From: a virus
Lineage: Duplodnaviria; Caudoviricetes
Reading direction: 5' to 3' (one strand)
Length of the DNA stretch: 64,000 nt
IMG/VR virus record: IMGVR_UViG_3300008954_000001
The translations under genes were made by a program, and so were the position numbers. Positions 1-9,735 of this stretch are shown piece after piece. Positions within the stretch are counted from its first letter, which is position 1. Every line of letters begins with the position of its first letter. Below the pieces are notes generated by a model. The model saw nothing but the letters and a program-made list of their open reading frames with translations, had not been told where the DNA came from and made no database searches.

Positions 1-1090
1 CTAACCCAAGGTCACAATCATTGATAAGCCGCTTCTTCTGAGAGTCAGAAACAGTTGCTACACCATTGATCGAATAAATACCGTCCCACGGGCGAATGGG
101 TGTGCCGAGATAGTGCTTGTACTTTCCTTGGCCGCCAACATCGGGTATCTCCCACCCGTTGTTCTTCATAATGTCCAGAACCACATCAAGGAAGTCTTTT
201 TGGGAAGGGGGCTTTCCAGAAAAGATCCTCGTCCACCTATCCCAATTTGAAGCATCCCATCTTCGGTCCTTGGATGCCGTTACCGTAGAAACCAATCGGG
301 AATCTTTACCTTGAAACTGCAATAGGAACTGTTGAGGGTGCGAGAGGCCGCCTTTTTGTATGCTTGCGGATAGATCCTCAATCGTCTCATACACCTTCTC
401 ATATAGATACAGTATGTGCTTTTGGTGCTTTTCGACCTGCGATGCGATTTCATGTTGAAGCTCTTTGAGCTTCGTTTTGTGCTCAACGATCTGGTGCTGT
501 AGCACCGCCATCTTCTTACTCAGAGTGGCTTTTATATCCTCGGACTCCTTTTGGAGCAGTTGTATCTGCTTATGCTTCTTGTCCATAGAAGCCTGATAAA
601 AACTCATCGCCTCTGCGATCTGTTGATCAAGGTCTTTTATGCTGTTTTGAAGGGACTCAATTAGGGTTGTGTCGCCCGCCACATGAGCGGCTTTCAATTG
701 TTGCTCTAAAGAAGCCTTCGTATTGTCAAAGGCCATCATCTGGAGTTTATGGCTCTCTTGAAGGGCCTTTATGCTCATATGAAGAGCATAGATTTGTTGA
801 TCTTTTTCCTGAAGCGACTTGCTTAATTCCTCTTGGACGGACGCTAATTCCGCTTGGGCGGCTTTAATGGCCGCCTGAGTTTCCGCCGATGCTTTCGCCC
901 CTTCTTCTTTTACCTTTTCCAAGGTGCGTTCGATATCCGCAATCTCTGTGTTGAGTTTGAGAAGGATCTCATGCTCATCCCCTCGACCTCCCAACTGTAA
1001 GAAAGTGGTGGCAACTAACTTCGCTTCGGTCATAGCCTGATCGAAGTCTATGTCGGCATCCTTGTACTTGTTCACATAATTGGTAGCCAT
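1..1090 (-). CDS. Coiled-coil protein, 3'-partial (runs off the left edge); not in the supplied ORF track
   Basis: ATG at 1090 with GGAG RBS (TAGGAGTAAGAAATG), 10 nt after the stop of the 2316-aa gene. The frame stays open for 363 codons to the edge (MATNYVNKYKDADIDFDQAMTEAK...). About 200 aa are Q/E/K/L/A-rich and heptad-like, followed by a globular segment. Confidence 0.8.
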   Translation of the reverse strand, partial: MATNYVNKYKDADIDFDQAMTEAKLVATTFLQLGGRGDEHEILLKLNTEIADIERTLEKVKEEGAKASAETQAAIKAAQAELASVQEELSKSLQEKDQQIYALHMSIKALQESHKLQMMAFDNTKASLEQQLKAAHVAGDTTLIESLQNSIKDLDQQIAEAMSFYQASMDKKHKQIQLLQKESEDIKATLSKKMAVLQHQIVEHKTKLKELQHEIASQVEKHQKHILYLYEKVYETIEDLSASIQKGGLSHPQQFLLQFQGKDSRLVSTVTASKDRRWDASNWDRWTRIFSGKPPSQKDFLDVVLDIMKNNGWEIPDVGGQGKYKHYLGTPIRPWDGIYSINGVATVSDSQKKRLINDCDLGL

Positions 1091-1099
1091 TTCTTACTC

Positions 1100-4000
1100 C
1101 TACCCAAGGGCATCGTGATCTGTGTCGGGATCATCGGGGTTAGTAAAATCGTCGTTCAGGCCGCTATCGTCACCGCCAGTGTCGCCGCTATCGTCACCGC
1201 CAGTGTCGCCGCTATCGTCACCGCCAGTGTCGCCGCTATCGTCACCGCCAGTGTCGCCGCCATCAGGAGCACCCCCTTCTTGGAGCACCAAGACAGGAGC
1301 GGAGGCTTCAGACTGGTTCAGACCCACTGTTACGGACACCTTAATGGTCGCCGTACCTGCCCTCTTCCCTGTCACCACCCCATCTGATGATATGGTCGCC
1401 GTAGTTGGATCACTACTATTCCAAAGAATGCCGTGCGTTGTCGTCAAAGTCTGTACGAAGCCGTCAGACCACACAGCTTCCGCTTTGAGAATAAGGTCTT
1501 GACCCGCAGGGACAGCGAAACCGGAATCCTTACCTTGAAGATCCTTAATCGTGAGTGTTGTTATGGTAGCTGCCGGAGCGGTGATAACCGCTAAAGAAAC
1601 CGTGTCGTTGAAGCTACCGTCAACCGTAGCTGTTATATCAACCACCGTCTCGTCTGTGTTGGCGGTATAAACACCATCTGCCGTAATGGTTCCAGCCCCC
1701 GCAGGGCTGATAGACCAACTGGTGGTGTAAGCCGCAGTTTCGAGATTTTGCTCCATGCCATTGTTCCAAATCCCAACGACGGTCAGATCCAACTGGCCCG
1801 CTTGGTCAATCTGCGTGGGAACCGTGTTCGTAGCACTATCCTCAATCCTAATGCTCGTCATGATCGGTTGTGCTGCTTTTGCGGTAAGAGCCACATCTGT
1901 CGTCTTGGTGCCGTATGTGGCGTACACAGTTTCACTACCCTCTACGCTCGCCTTCAAAGTAACGATCCCAGAGATATCGTCGTAGTTATCAATAGTAAAA
2001 GCCCCGCTGTCCGACACGGACCAAGAAAGGTCAGTGCCGTTGAGAGCGGCTTGGGAGCTATCGCTGTAAGTCCCAAGAGCCTTTAGTTGAAGCGCATCCC
2101 CCACGGTCGCTGCGAAGTCAAAATGGCCATCGGCATCCACAATATGGATAGAACTAAGCGTCACAACAGGGTCAGTCACGGTAATGGCAATACTGTCTGA
2201 TGCGTCCATCACTTTAGCAGAAATCTCGGTCGCAAAGGTCGAAGCAAGAACGCCTGTCACCAAACCATTATCGTCAACCAAAGCATTTGTCTCAGATGAA
2301 CTGTTCCACTGGAGGCCAGTGGAACTTGTAATATCGCCAGTGCTCCCATCTGAATAAGTAGCCGTGACCTTTAGCTGAAGCGTTGAACCCTCTTCTAATG
2401 AAGCGGTGTCGCTCCCATCAGCCGTAGTCACATCAATCGAGGCCACATAAACATGCGGGGTGTAGCCCACAATGGCTTGACGATCCCACACAAACGATTT
2501 GCGATTCGAGTGTTGTGTGAGGTTAAGATCCGCATTGGCGAACTCGAATGTCCGACCCAACGCAGTATCGTTGTTGGGCCAATAAACACTTCGGTCAGTG
2601 GACTCAACATCGTTGTGCGCCCACCAATCGACATCCCAACTATCTGTGAGATCAACCCCTTCATCACTAATCCCGTTCCATAGCAACCAGAAGGTTATGC
2701 GATCAGGGCCAAGGGTTGTGTCGTAAGGGCCTTCCTTTTGCCGAATCTCCAAGCAGATAGGAATCCCGTATTGATCGGGGTGTCCCGGAACTGGCATCAC
2801 CGAAACCTTCCCGAACAACATACTCTCAAAGTTCAATGCTACTCGAACGACCTTGCCCACCGTTCCTTCGGATGTCCAAAGACGGGTATCCCCTCGGTCT
2901 GTTCGTGAGATGCCACCAACTTCGGATGGGGGATCATACGTTCCCATCGATCCCGCATAGTAGTTGAAGTCAGCAGTCGCCGTTTCCAACCCCTTCTCAC
3001 AGAGCTTGATAAAGCACATTTCATCCGAAGCAACCGTAACCCCATCAAGACTTGCTCGATGGATAACATAGGTCTGCGAAATGTCTTTTAGCTCCGTACT
3101 CCAAGGGGTGCTCACGGGGTAGGGATCAAAATAGCTGCCACCTTTCCCTGCGTTCATCTGTACTTTAGGGACCAGTGGTTTTGGCACCCCAAAGAAATAG
3201 GTGGGGGTTTTGGGGCCGCTGAAGTCTCCACCAAGCATGGGCCATGGGAGGATCGGAGCAAAGTGCTCACCATGAAGGATAACCTCTGGCGAATGCTCCA
3301 ACGCCTCTGAATAATGAAGCTCAAGAACCACTGTCTTCGTAGAACAACTCGCTTCGTAAAAAGTGTCTGTCGCATACTGCTTCCAGTGATCTACTCCAGG
3401 AAGGGCATAAGAGTTGCCTGTGGCTTCATATGAGAAATGTTGTGTCGATCTGTTAACAACATCCGACCATTGTTGATCTCCATCAACAGTCCATGTTGAA
3501 ACATCCCCCTCCATATGGATGATCCCACCAAATCGACCCTTGTACACATAATCTTGAGGGGCCGCATCGATATTTACATCCTCCGGGGTGAGGTTCCTAA
3601 CATCGACCAAAATAGGCTTGTCGATCTTCTCCATGAATACCTTTTGAGAAGTCCAACTGTTTTGACGGTTCCCATAAATATCTGCGGCGGCAGTCTCCCT
3701 AATTTTGCGGTATTGGTAGTTATCATCACTACTGAAAATCCCCCAATCCACGTGTTTCTTCCAATCGTCCCAACCAGTTGAGGTTCGAGGGTCGGGAAGT
3801 GACTTAACCTTCAAGGTGTCTGTATCCATCGCCTCGTCATAATGAAGAGTCAAAGCGTTGAAGGCGGGATCATAAAAAGAATGTTGAGGGGCGTAATGGT
3901 CTCCTGAAGCGAGGAACCTCCACATACTTGTGGTGGTGTATTGGTCGCCATTTTCCTCACTCCCGTAGTTTTGGGTAATGGCCCCGGAGACGGCCCCTGT

Positions 4001-7000
4001 ATTTGAATACCGTGGAGCCATCACATCAATCGTGTAGTCTTTGTAATTAAGACCGCCGATTAGCGTGGTTTTATCCGCTTCCCGCATTGTCAGCCAAAGC
4101 CTGTATGTCCCTTTAGTTAGGAGAGGGAAATTCTCGTGAGACCACGACTTTTCAACCTCCCCTTCCGCAGTAAGGTCCACATACCCCTCATCGATTACGA
4201 GAGAGCCATTGAGAGGTTCGAGCTTGTAATGAACCCAAGGAGGGTTTGTATAAGTCTCCTGATCCGCTTTAGGGCTGAACTTGATGTAAATGGTTCCAGC
4301 ACTGCTTGTTGAACCTTGCTTTACGGGCAGTTCTTCATTTGGGTTGTAGGAAGGCACATAATAAGTATCCCCACTGTCTGTGCGGTACTCAGCATCCCAA
4401 CTGTAAACCGTAGGCTTCTTGTTCTGAACTTCAAAAGTGCCTTCCCAACGATACATGGCGTAATCTGCAAAAGGTGAAGTTGCCCCACTCTCCTCAGTGT
4501 CGCTGTAACCCTCAACCACATAGTTGTAGGTGCCGTTCTCAAGCTCACTGGTGGTGTAGGTAGACCCCACATCCATTGCTGCGCTACCGCCCACAGGGAG
4601 TAGGATATCGTTGTACAACCAAATCGTGTCCATCTTACCGTTCGGGTCATCTTCCGTAACAGTGACTTCAACTCGGCCATCGTCTCCGATTTCGTTGAAC
4701 ACTACATGGAGGCCGTGATCCTTGATCTCAACATCCATGATCTCTGTAGTTCCGCTTGACCAAGCAAAGGTCGCCTTATGAACCCCCGCCAAAACATGAG
4801 TAGGTGTTCCAGTTTGGGCGTTCGGGGGGTTGTTCCCATAAGCATAGGAAGTGTCCAAATCCTCACCACCATTTGTGTCCACATCCCAATGGAAAGGACC
4901 AAAAATGAAAGCGGGTTTCCCACTATCCGTAACCGAATGGCTGTATGCCCCACTGAAACTTTTATCTCCGTCAGGCGTTTCAAGTGTCAGTAGGCAGGTG
5001 CTCATGTAAGACACACCCGCCGGGGCGAGCTTGATCCCATGGCGGCCATGTTGAAACCAAGTGTCTCCGATTTCCTCAATATCAAAGGAAACCCCTGTCG
5101 GCACCCCACAGGTAACCGTGCCTGAAGAGTCAAAGCTCCCTTGAGTGGTGAAAATATATGTGCCTGGAACCATCTGACCCAAAGCATCATCAAAAGGCTG
5201 GTCTACGGTAAAGGAATACTGACGGGCATAGTTCTCCAGCCCCGCAAAGTCAGTTTCGTTCCCAACACTTCCAAACGGAATCTCTACGATGGGGAAGTTG
5301 TATGTCGCCGTTGGGTTGGACCCTGTTCGGACCAAGAAAGAAACATCTTCGCCCGCCCCAAACGCAAGATCGATCTTAGTGGGTTCGGGGGTCTGGTTAG
5401 CTTCTACTTGCTCATAAATAACATTGTAAAAGACTTCAATTGAGTAATCGAAGTCAACCGTAGCGGTGGCTTCAAAACCAGACCAGCCACCAACCACTTG
5501 TGTCTCAACTGCGATTGTATAGGCTCCTGTCAAATCAAAGTCCCAAGGGATCTCCACTTCCGTATTAGCAGTAGACCAATCCCAATCCATGTAGAAATAT
5601 TGATCTTCATCCTCCCAAGAAATGATCTTCACCCGCCAATTACTTACATCTGCGCCAAGGGAAACAGAAAGGGTGACCTTGTTGTCGTTTTTGACCAAAT
5701 CTGTGATTGCAATCTCACCGTCCACGAAAACGTACTCGGCTTCCCACGGGCCGTAAGCAAGCGAACCGTCAGCGGCTAAAGTAATCTCATCAACACAGAA
5801 TTTAACTGCCTCTCCCGCAGGGTACAGACCACCATTAGGCCCGTAATAAGTAAGAGATGCGGATGACCCGCTAATAATGACATTTACATACTCTTGAGGG
5901 TCGTACAGCACCCAATCACCGTTTGCGTCCTTGACCTTCACATACGCAGAATTGATGCTGGTGATTGCTTGGTTGAATGTGAAGGTGGTCACACCACCGT
6001 CGTTCGAGATTGTGCTCCCCTCTGAAGGAGTAACACTCAATACTTCCAAGGGGGGTACAGGTTCGGGGTGGTTTTGAACATCGATATAAACCACACCGTC
6101 CCAGCTATCGGAAAAAATGTCCGAGTAGAGGCCCGAAGACAGTGGGTTACCCCAACCTGCACACTGCATGTGCGGGGCGAGAGCGTCGGGGTTTGTTTCA
6201 CTTGGGTTGCCACGAGGAACCTGAGGGTAGCCTTTGCCATCATAAGTGTACAAAGGCTTCAATGTGAGTCGAATTCGATACAGCCCATCCCCGTAAGGAA
6301 TCGGGGTTCCGCTCACGGTTGTAAGGTCGAACGATAGTTTGTGCGCCCAAATCTGTTCGGAAACGTCCTTCTTCTGCTCGTCTGTCAGTTCCGCAAATCG
6401 TGGGTGGGAGTCCTTCATTGGTTGAACAAACTTAAGAGAAGCAACCACATCTGTTGCGACAGTCTCTACGCCATTGGTGCCAACCGTATAAACTGTAACT
6501 CCAGCCCCCTCGTAAAAGGCCAAGAGAGCGTTTGGCTCCATATGTTTAACGGCAGTCGTAAATTGGACGGGTGCCTCACCGTCCCAATCGCCGTTAGTTT
6601 CATGGTTGATGTGGTAAACCCCTTGCGCCCCAGTTTGAGCCAACTGTGGGTACTGAGCTTCCATCAACACTAAAGGCAATTCCGTAGCTGTGTTGCCGTT
6701 AGCATCTGTTAAAAAGTGCGACAGTTTGAACTTTGCGTTTGGTGCTGTTGTGGCGTTAGCCTCAAACTTCACAGTAATGGCTTGGACATGCTCGTGGCTA
6801 TCCACCAAATGTACTTCCGAAATGGTTAGGCCAGACTCCCCATTTACGCTCCACATACTTGGATCGGTGGGGTTTTCAACCGCTTCATCAAACCCTACCA
6901 ACACTGACCGCACGTTTGAGATCAAAGCGTTGTCCGAAGTTCGAGCAACATTACCAATATATGTAACGACTGGTGAAGGGTTGATGAAAGTCGCCACGGG

Positions 7001-8050
7001 GGAGGTCGTGTCCGAAGACACCCACTTCACATTCCAAACATAAACTGAACTCTCTGGTTGAAAGCTGTTCCCCGCCCGATCTGTCATCGTATAAGGGTGC
7101 CTCAAGACAAGCTCTAACCTGTCATAAAAGGCCGCCGCATCCGCAGGTATGCCGTAATACTCGAAGGGGTCTACGGTATAAAGACCGATTTTAAGGAACC
7201 CGTCTTCAGGGCCGAAGTTCCCGGAATCCCAATCAAGAGCCTCTACCGCTTTCAACTTAACATCAAGAGGGGCCTGTTGGCCCCCACTCGCTTTCAGCGT
7301 AAACCCCCACTGAGAATTGGCACTCCAAGAATTATTCGGCAAATGTTCCGAAAACCGCATCTCAAACACCCAATTAAAGGTGTTTGTCATAAGGGTGGCT
7401 AACTGTGGGTCGGGGTAGAGGTATTCAATCCATGGTGTAATATGCTCCGCATACCAATCCACGGATTCTGTTTGAAGCATGTTCCCAGCATCGTCTTGAA
7501 TGGGGCTTCGAGAATACGAAGGGTGGTTGAGCGTCAAAGTCAGATATTGATCGGGGAAGCTAAAAGTCCCGTCAGGCTCAAACACACTCCCCGCAAAAAT
7601 AAGGTGTGCGGACCTCCTGTCAGGGGACACCACAACACGTTCAATATAGAGACTTCCAATCCCTACACTACCTTGAAAAAGGTAGTTGCTGACCAGTTCC
7701 GCATTTTGCACGGCTTCCGTAAAGATGACTCGAATCCCATTGTTGAGAAGATAGGCTCCGTTGAAAAAGCCTTGATCTGACGGAACGGTGGCCAAAATCC
7801 TTGGGGCCTGAAGATCCACATCTTTTCGAGGGGGGACAATATGGCCATAAATAGTAGCTTGGGGAAAACCATTCGCCGTAGCGGAATCTGTATCAACGCC
7901 CGGCTTGAAAGGAACCTTCAACAAATTTTCGTGGGTGGCACTCATCGTGTTTGGGTTGAATACCGCTTTCCCGATACTCGCACCCCCAGAAAGGCGGTTG
8001 CCTGTGCTCTTCCCATAGTAAAATTTATCGTCAGCCACGGTCGCCTCCAT
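1100..8050 (-). CDS. Giant (2316 aa) Ig-like repeat protein, probable virion surface/adhesin protein
   Basis: Long T/S/D/V/G-rich ORF. About 4 C-terminal Big_2-like repeats (e.g. LQLKVTATYSDGSTGDIT...LQWNSS...ALVDDNGLVTG; LILKAEAVWSDG...ILWNSSDPTTATISSDGVVTG) and SbsA-like Ig segments (VLSVTPSEGSTI...TFTFNQAI). Acidic GGDDSGDT tail; no N-terminal signal peptide. Confidence 0.75.
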   Translation of the reverse strand: MEATVADDKFYYGKSTGNRLSGGASIGKAVFNPNTMSATHENLLKVPFKPGVDTDSATANGFPQATIYGHIVPPRKDVDLQAPRILATVPSDQGFFNGAYLLNNGIRVIFTEAVQNAELVSNYLFQGSVGIGSLYIERVVVSPDRRSAHLIFAGSVFEPDGTFSFPDQYLTLTLNHPSYSRSPIQDDAGNMLQTESVDWYAEHITPWIEYLYPDPQLATLMTNTFNWVFEMRFSEHLPNNSWSANSQWGFTLKASGGQQAPLDVKLKAVEALDWDSGNFGPEDGFLKIGLYTVDPFEYYGIPADAAAFYDRLELVLRHPYTMTDRAGNSFQPESSVYVWNVKWVSSDTTSPVATFINPSPVVTYIGNVARTSDNALISNVRSVLVGFDEAVENPTDPSMWSVNGESGLTISEVHLVDSHEHVQAITVKFEANATTAPNAKFKLSHFLTDANGNTATELPLVLMEAQYPQLAQTGAQGVYHINHETNGDWDGEAPVQFTTAVKHMEPNALLAFYEGAGVTVYTVGTNGVETVATDVVASLKFVQPMKDSHPRFAELTDEQKKDVSEQIWAHKLSFDLTTVSGTPIPYGDGLYRIRLTLKPLYTYDGKGYPQVPRGNPSETNPDALAPHMQCAGWGNPLSSGLYSDIFSDSWDGVVYIDVQNHPEPVPPLEVLSVTPSEGSTISNDGGVTTFTFNQAITSINSAYVKVKDANGDWVLYDPQEYVNVIISGSSASLTYYGPNGGLYPAGEAVKFCVDEITLAADGSLAYGPWEAEYVFVDGEIAITDLVKNDNKVTLSVSLGADVSNWRVKIISWEDEDQYFYMDWDWSTANTEVEIPWDFDLTGAYTIAVETQVVGGWSGFEATATVDFDYSIEVFYNVIYEQVEANQTPEPTKIDLAFGAGEDVSFLVRTGSNPTATYNFPIVEIPFGSVGNETDFAGLENYARQYSFTVDQPFDDALGQMVPGTYIFTTQGSFDSSGTVTCGVPTGVSFDIEEIGDTWFQHGRHGIKLAPAGVSYMSTCLLTLETPDGDKSFSGAYSHSVTDSGKPAFIFGPFHWDVDTNGGEDLDTSYAYGNNPPNAQTGTPTHVLAGVHKATFAWSSGTTEIMDVEIKDHGLHVVFNEIGDDGRVEVTVTEDDPNGKMDTIWLYNDILLPVGGSAAMDVGSTYTTSELENGTYNYVVEGYSDTEESGATSPFADYAMYRWEGTFEVQNKKPTVYSWDAEYRTDSGDTYYVPSYNPNEELPVKQGSTSSAGTIYIKFSPKADQETYTNPPWVHYKLEPLNGSLVIDEGYVDLTAEGEVEKSWSHENFPLLTKGTYRLWLTMREADKTTLIGGLNYKDYTIDVMAPRYSNTGAVSGAITQNYGSEENGDQYTTTSMWRFLASGDHYAPQHSFYDPAFNALTLHYDEAMDTDTLKVKSLPDPRTSTGWDDWKKHVDWGIFSSDDNYQYRKIRETAAADIYGNRQNSWTSQKVFMEKIDKPILVDVRNLTPEDVNIDAAPQDYVYKGRFGGIIHMEGDVSTWTVDGDQQWSDVVNRSTQHFSYEATGNSYALPGVDHWKQYATDTFYEASCSTKTVVLELHYSEALEHSPEVILHGEHFAPILPWPMLGGDFSGPKTPTYFFGVPKPLVPKVQMNAGKGGSYFDPYPVSTPWSTELKDISQTYVIHRASLDGVTVASDEMCFIKLCEKGLETATADFNYYAGSMGTYDPPSEVGGISRTDRGDTRLWTSEGTVGKVVRVALNFESMLFGKVSVMPVPGHPDQYGIPICLEIRQKEGPYDTTLGPDRITFWLLWNGISDEGVDLTDSWDVDWWAHNDVESTDRSVYWPNNDTALGRTFEFANADLNLTQHSNRKSFVWDRQAIVGYTPHVYVASIDVTTADGSDTASLEEGSTLQLKVTATYSDGSTGDITSSTGLQWNSSSETNALVDDNGLVTGVLASTFATEISAKVMDASDSIAITVTDPVVTLSSIHIVDADGHFDFAATVGDALQLKALGTYSDSSQAALNGTDLSWSVSDSGAFTIDNYDDISGIVTLKASVEGSETVYATYGTKTTDVALTAKAAQPIMTSIRIEDSATNTVPTQIDQAGQLDLTVVGIWNNGMEQNLETAAYTTSWSISPAGAGTITADGVYTANTDETVVDITATVDGSFNDTVSLAVITAPAATITTLTIKDLQGKDSGFAVPAGQDLILKAEAVWSDGFVQTLTTTHGILWNSSDPTTATISSDGVVTGKRAGTATIKVSVTVGLNQSEASAPVLVLQEGGAPDGGDTGGDDSGDTGGDDSGDTGGDDSGDTGGDDSGLNDDFTNPDDPDTDHDALG
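1160..1260. repeat. 24-bp coding tandem repeat (4 full copies plus a partial one), encodes GGDDSGDT
   Basis: Unit GCCGCTATCGTCACCGCCAGTGTC at 1160, 1184, 1208 and 1232, with no spacers. Confidence 0.95.
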
Positions 8051-8184
8051 TCACAAGGCCAGATGAAGCCCCTGTTCTATGGATAGTGGGCTATAGACCT
8101 TCCAACGGAGAGCGACCTCAAAAGTCCTCGGTAAAGTGGCAATCTTTTGGTTAGTGTGGAGCAACTACTGTATAGGAGACTTGA

Positions 8185-9243
8185 ATGGGCGATCTCAAAA
8201 ATGTCGTCATGGTATTAGGCCCGTCCGCTGGACGGTGGCCTTTGCTATTGGGGACAGCATATGAGACTCGCAAAATCCTTCAAGAAAATGGCTACAACCT
8301 CATAGCGGTCGGGGGAGACTCCGGGGGTGCTTTAGTCGCCGCCATGCTCGCAGCAGACGTTGATCCTATCACTTGGATCAACGACCACGGCCATCGCCTC
8401 AAAGGGGCGAAGATTGGCGGAAGCTTTATTGGTTGGATCAACGCCTTCTACAACTTCTTCAAATACGGGGGATTCCTTCAAGCGAACAAGCTGTACGAAG
8501 AAATCGGCAAGGTCGCCATCGAGCCGCACCAACCGAAAATCCCATGCTACGCCTATGCTTGGTCCTTATCTTCGGAAAGAGAAGTGGTGTTTCCAGTACA
8601 CAAAATGGCACTGCATCGGGACACCAGAGATCATTGGGCCATGCCTATCTTTGCTTCCATGGCTTTGCCGGGAGCACTATGCCCCATGGTAATCCCAAAC
8701 CAACTTATCTTGGACAACGAATTCGACACGCTCCATATCCCCCCCGAATACCGAACACATGGGGTTTCTTGTTTCGGAGATGGGGGGACATCATCTTATT
8801 GCCCTTACGATATGTGTTTAGATGTTGGGGAGTTATATCCCCCCGAAGACGGCCACCGAGACGACCCTCCTATGTGGGTCCAATCCGAAATCGATGATGT
8901 TGAGATCCGCCACGAAATGCCTTTAACTTTGGCGGTTGTCTTAGATGACCCACAGCCTCCATACGACCCAAACTTTATGGAACGGCCAGCCCTTACCAAA
9001 TTCTTCAACTCTTGTTGGGGGGCCTTAAGAGCGAACGCAAATGAAGATCGTGAAGATATGGCCGGGAACCCATGCTTTACTATGTGGTCCCGCACTCCAG
9101 AGCGACATTGGAAATGGTTGCTGCGATTCGATGCCCCATTAGAGGCCCTTCACGATATGTTTGAGGCGGGGCGAGAAAGTGCTCGTACCGAAATGGTGGG
9201 CATCCTTGAAAAGATGCACCACGGCATGTCGGATTGCGATTAG
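8185..9243 (+). CDS. Patatin-like phospholipase
   Basis: N-terminal Gly-rich LGPSAGR, nucleophile elbow GGDSGG (GxSxG), IFASMALPG segment and DGG motif (FGDGG). GGAGA RBS before the ATG. Confidence 0.8.
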   Translation: MGDLKNVVMVLGPSAGRWPLLLGTAYETRKILQENGYNLIAVGGDSGGALVAAMLAADVDPITWINDHGHRLKGAKIGGSFIGWINAFYNFFKYGGFLQANKLYEEIGKVAIEPHQPKIPCYAYAWSLSSEREVVFPVHKMALHRDTRDHWAMPIFASMALPGALCPMVIPNQLILDNEFDTLHIPPEYRTHGVSCFGDGGTSSYCPYDMCLDVGELYPPEDGHRDDPPMWVQSEIDDVEIRHEMPLTLAVVLDDPQPPYDPNFMERPALTKFFNSCWGALRANANEDREDMAGNPCFTMWSRTPERHWKWLLRFDAPLEALHDMFEAGRESARTEMVGILEKMHHGMSDCD

Positions 9244-9551
9244 GACTCGTACACGGCCATCACAGCCCCATTGTAGGTTTCGCAGTGATACCCGTTCAAG
9301 GACTCCGTAACTTTGGTCCAGCCTTCAGTGATCGGCCAACCACCACCACACTCATAGGCAGGGTTAGGGATGCCTGACTCGGTGTGAATCACGACCGCTG
9401 CGGTCGGGGACCAACCTCCAGGGTCGCCTTTCCCTGTAAAGGTAGCCTTACGGATAACGGCCATCTTCTCGGCTTTGGTGTTGCCTGGGATATACCCCTC
9501 GAACACCTCAAAAATTGACTCCCGTACTTGGGTTATTACTCGTTTCGCCAT
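9240..9551 (-). CDS. Hypothetical protein (103 aa)
   Basis: ATG at 9551 with GAGGTG RBS (the ORF track extends to 9557). Converges on the patatin gene with a 4-nt overlap. Confidence 0.6.
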   Translation of the reverse strand: MAKRVITQVRESIFEVFEGYIPGNTKAEKMAVIRKATFTGKGDPGGWSPTAAVVIHTESGIPNPAYECGGGWPITEGWTKVTESLNGYHCETYNGAVMAVYES

Positions 9552-9565
9552 ACTCACCTCTTTCT

Positions 9566-9604
9566 AACTTTGCGCCTTAAAGTTCAACTTTGCGCCTTAA
9601 AGTT
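9566..9604. promoter_or_regulatory. Tandem palindromic operator-like site, 2 x AACTTTGCGCCTTAAAGTT
   Basis: Identical 19-mers at 9566-9584 and 9586-9604 (20-bp period), each with inverted arms AACTTT-N7-AAAGTT. Lies between divergent genes, one of which encodes an HTH protein. Confidence 0.65.
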
Positions 9605-9735
9605 GGGGATTATCCCCGCATATTCAAACTACCGCTGAACCGTAAAATCGGCCCCCCCTGACCATCCTGCATATTTATCAGTAAGATAGAAGCCAGCCGT
9701 TGCTGGTGAATAACTACTCTAAGAGGAATAGACTT

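Noticed and set aside
1160-1260. 24-bp direct repeats as a CRISPR array
   Set aside because: The copies abut with no spacers and are in frame in a CDS (GGDDSGDT).
1115-7896. Many plus-strand and alternative-frame ORFs inside the 2316-aa gene (and similar shadows such as 10660-11253, 11507-12010, 12395-13075, 61106-61852)
   Set aside because: They are antisense or out-of-frame shadows of well-supported genes, with no RBS or motif support; their low complexity mirrors the real gene's repeats.
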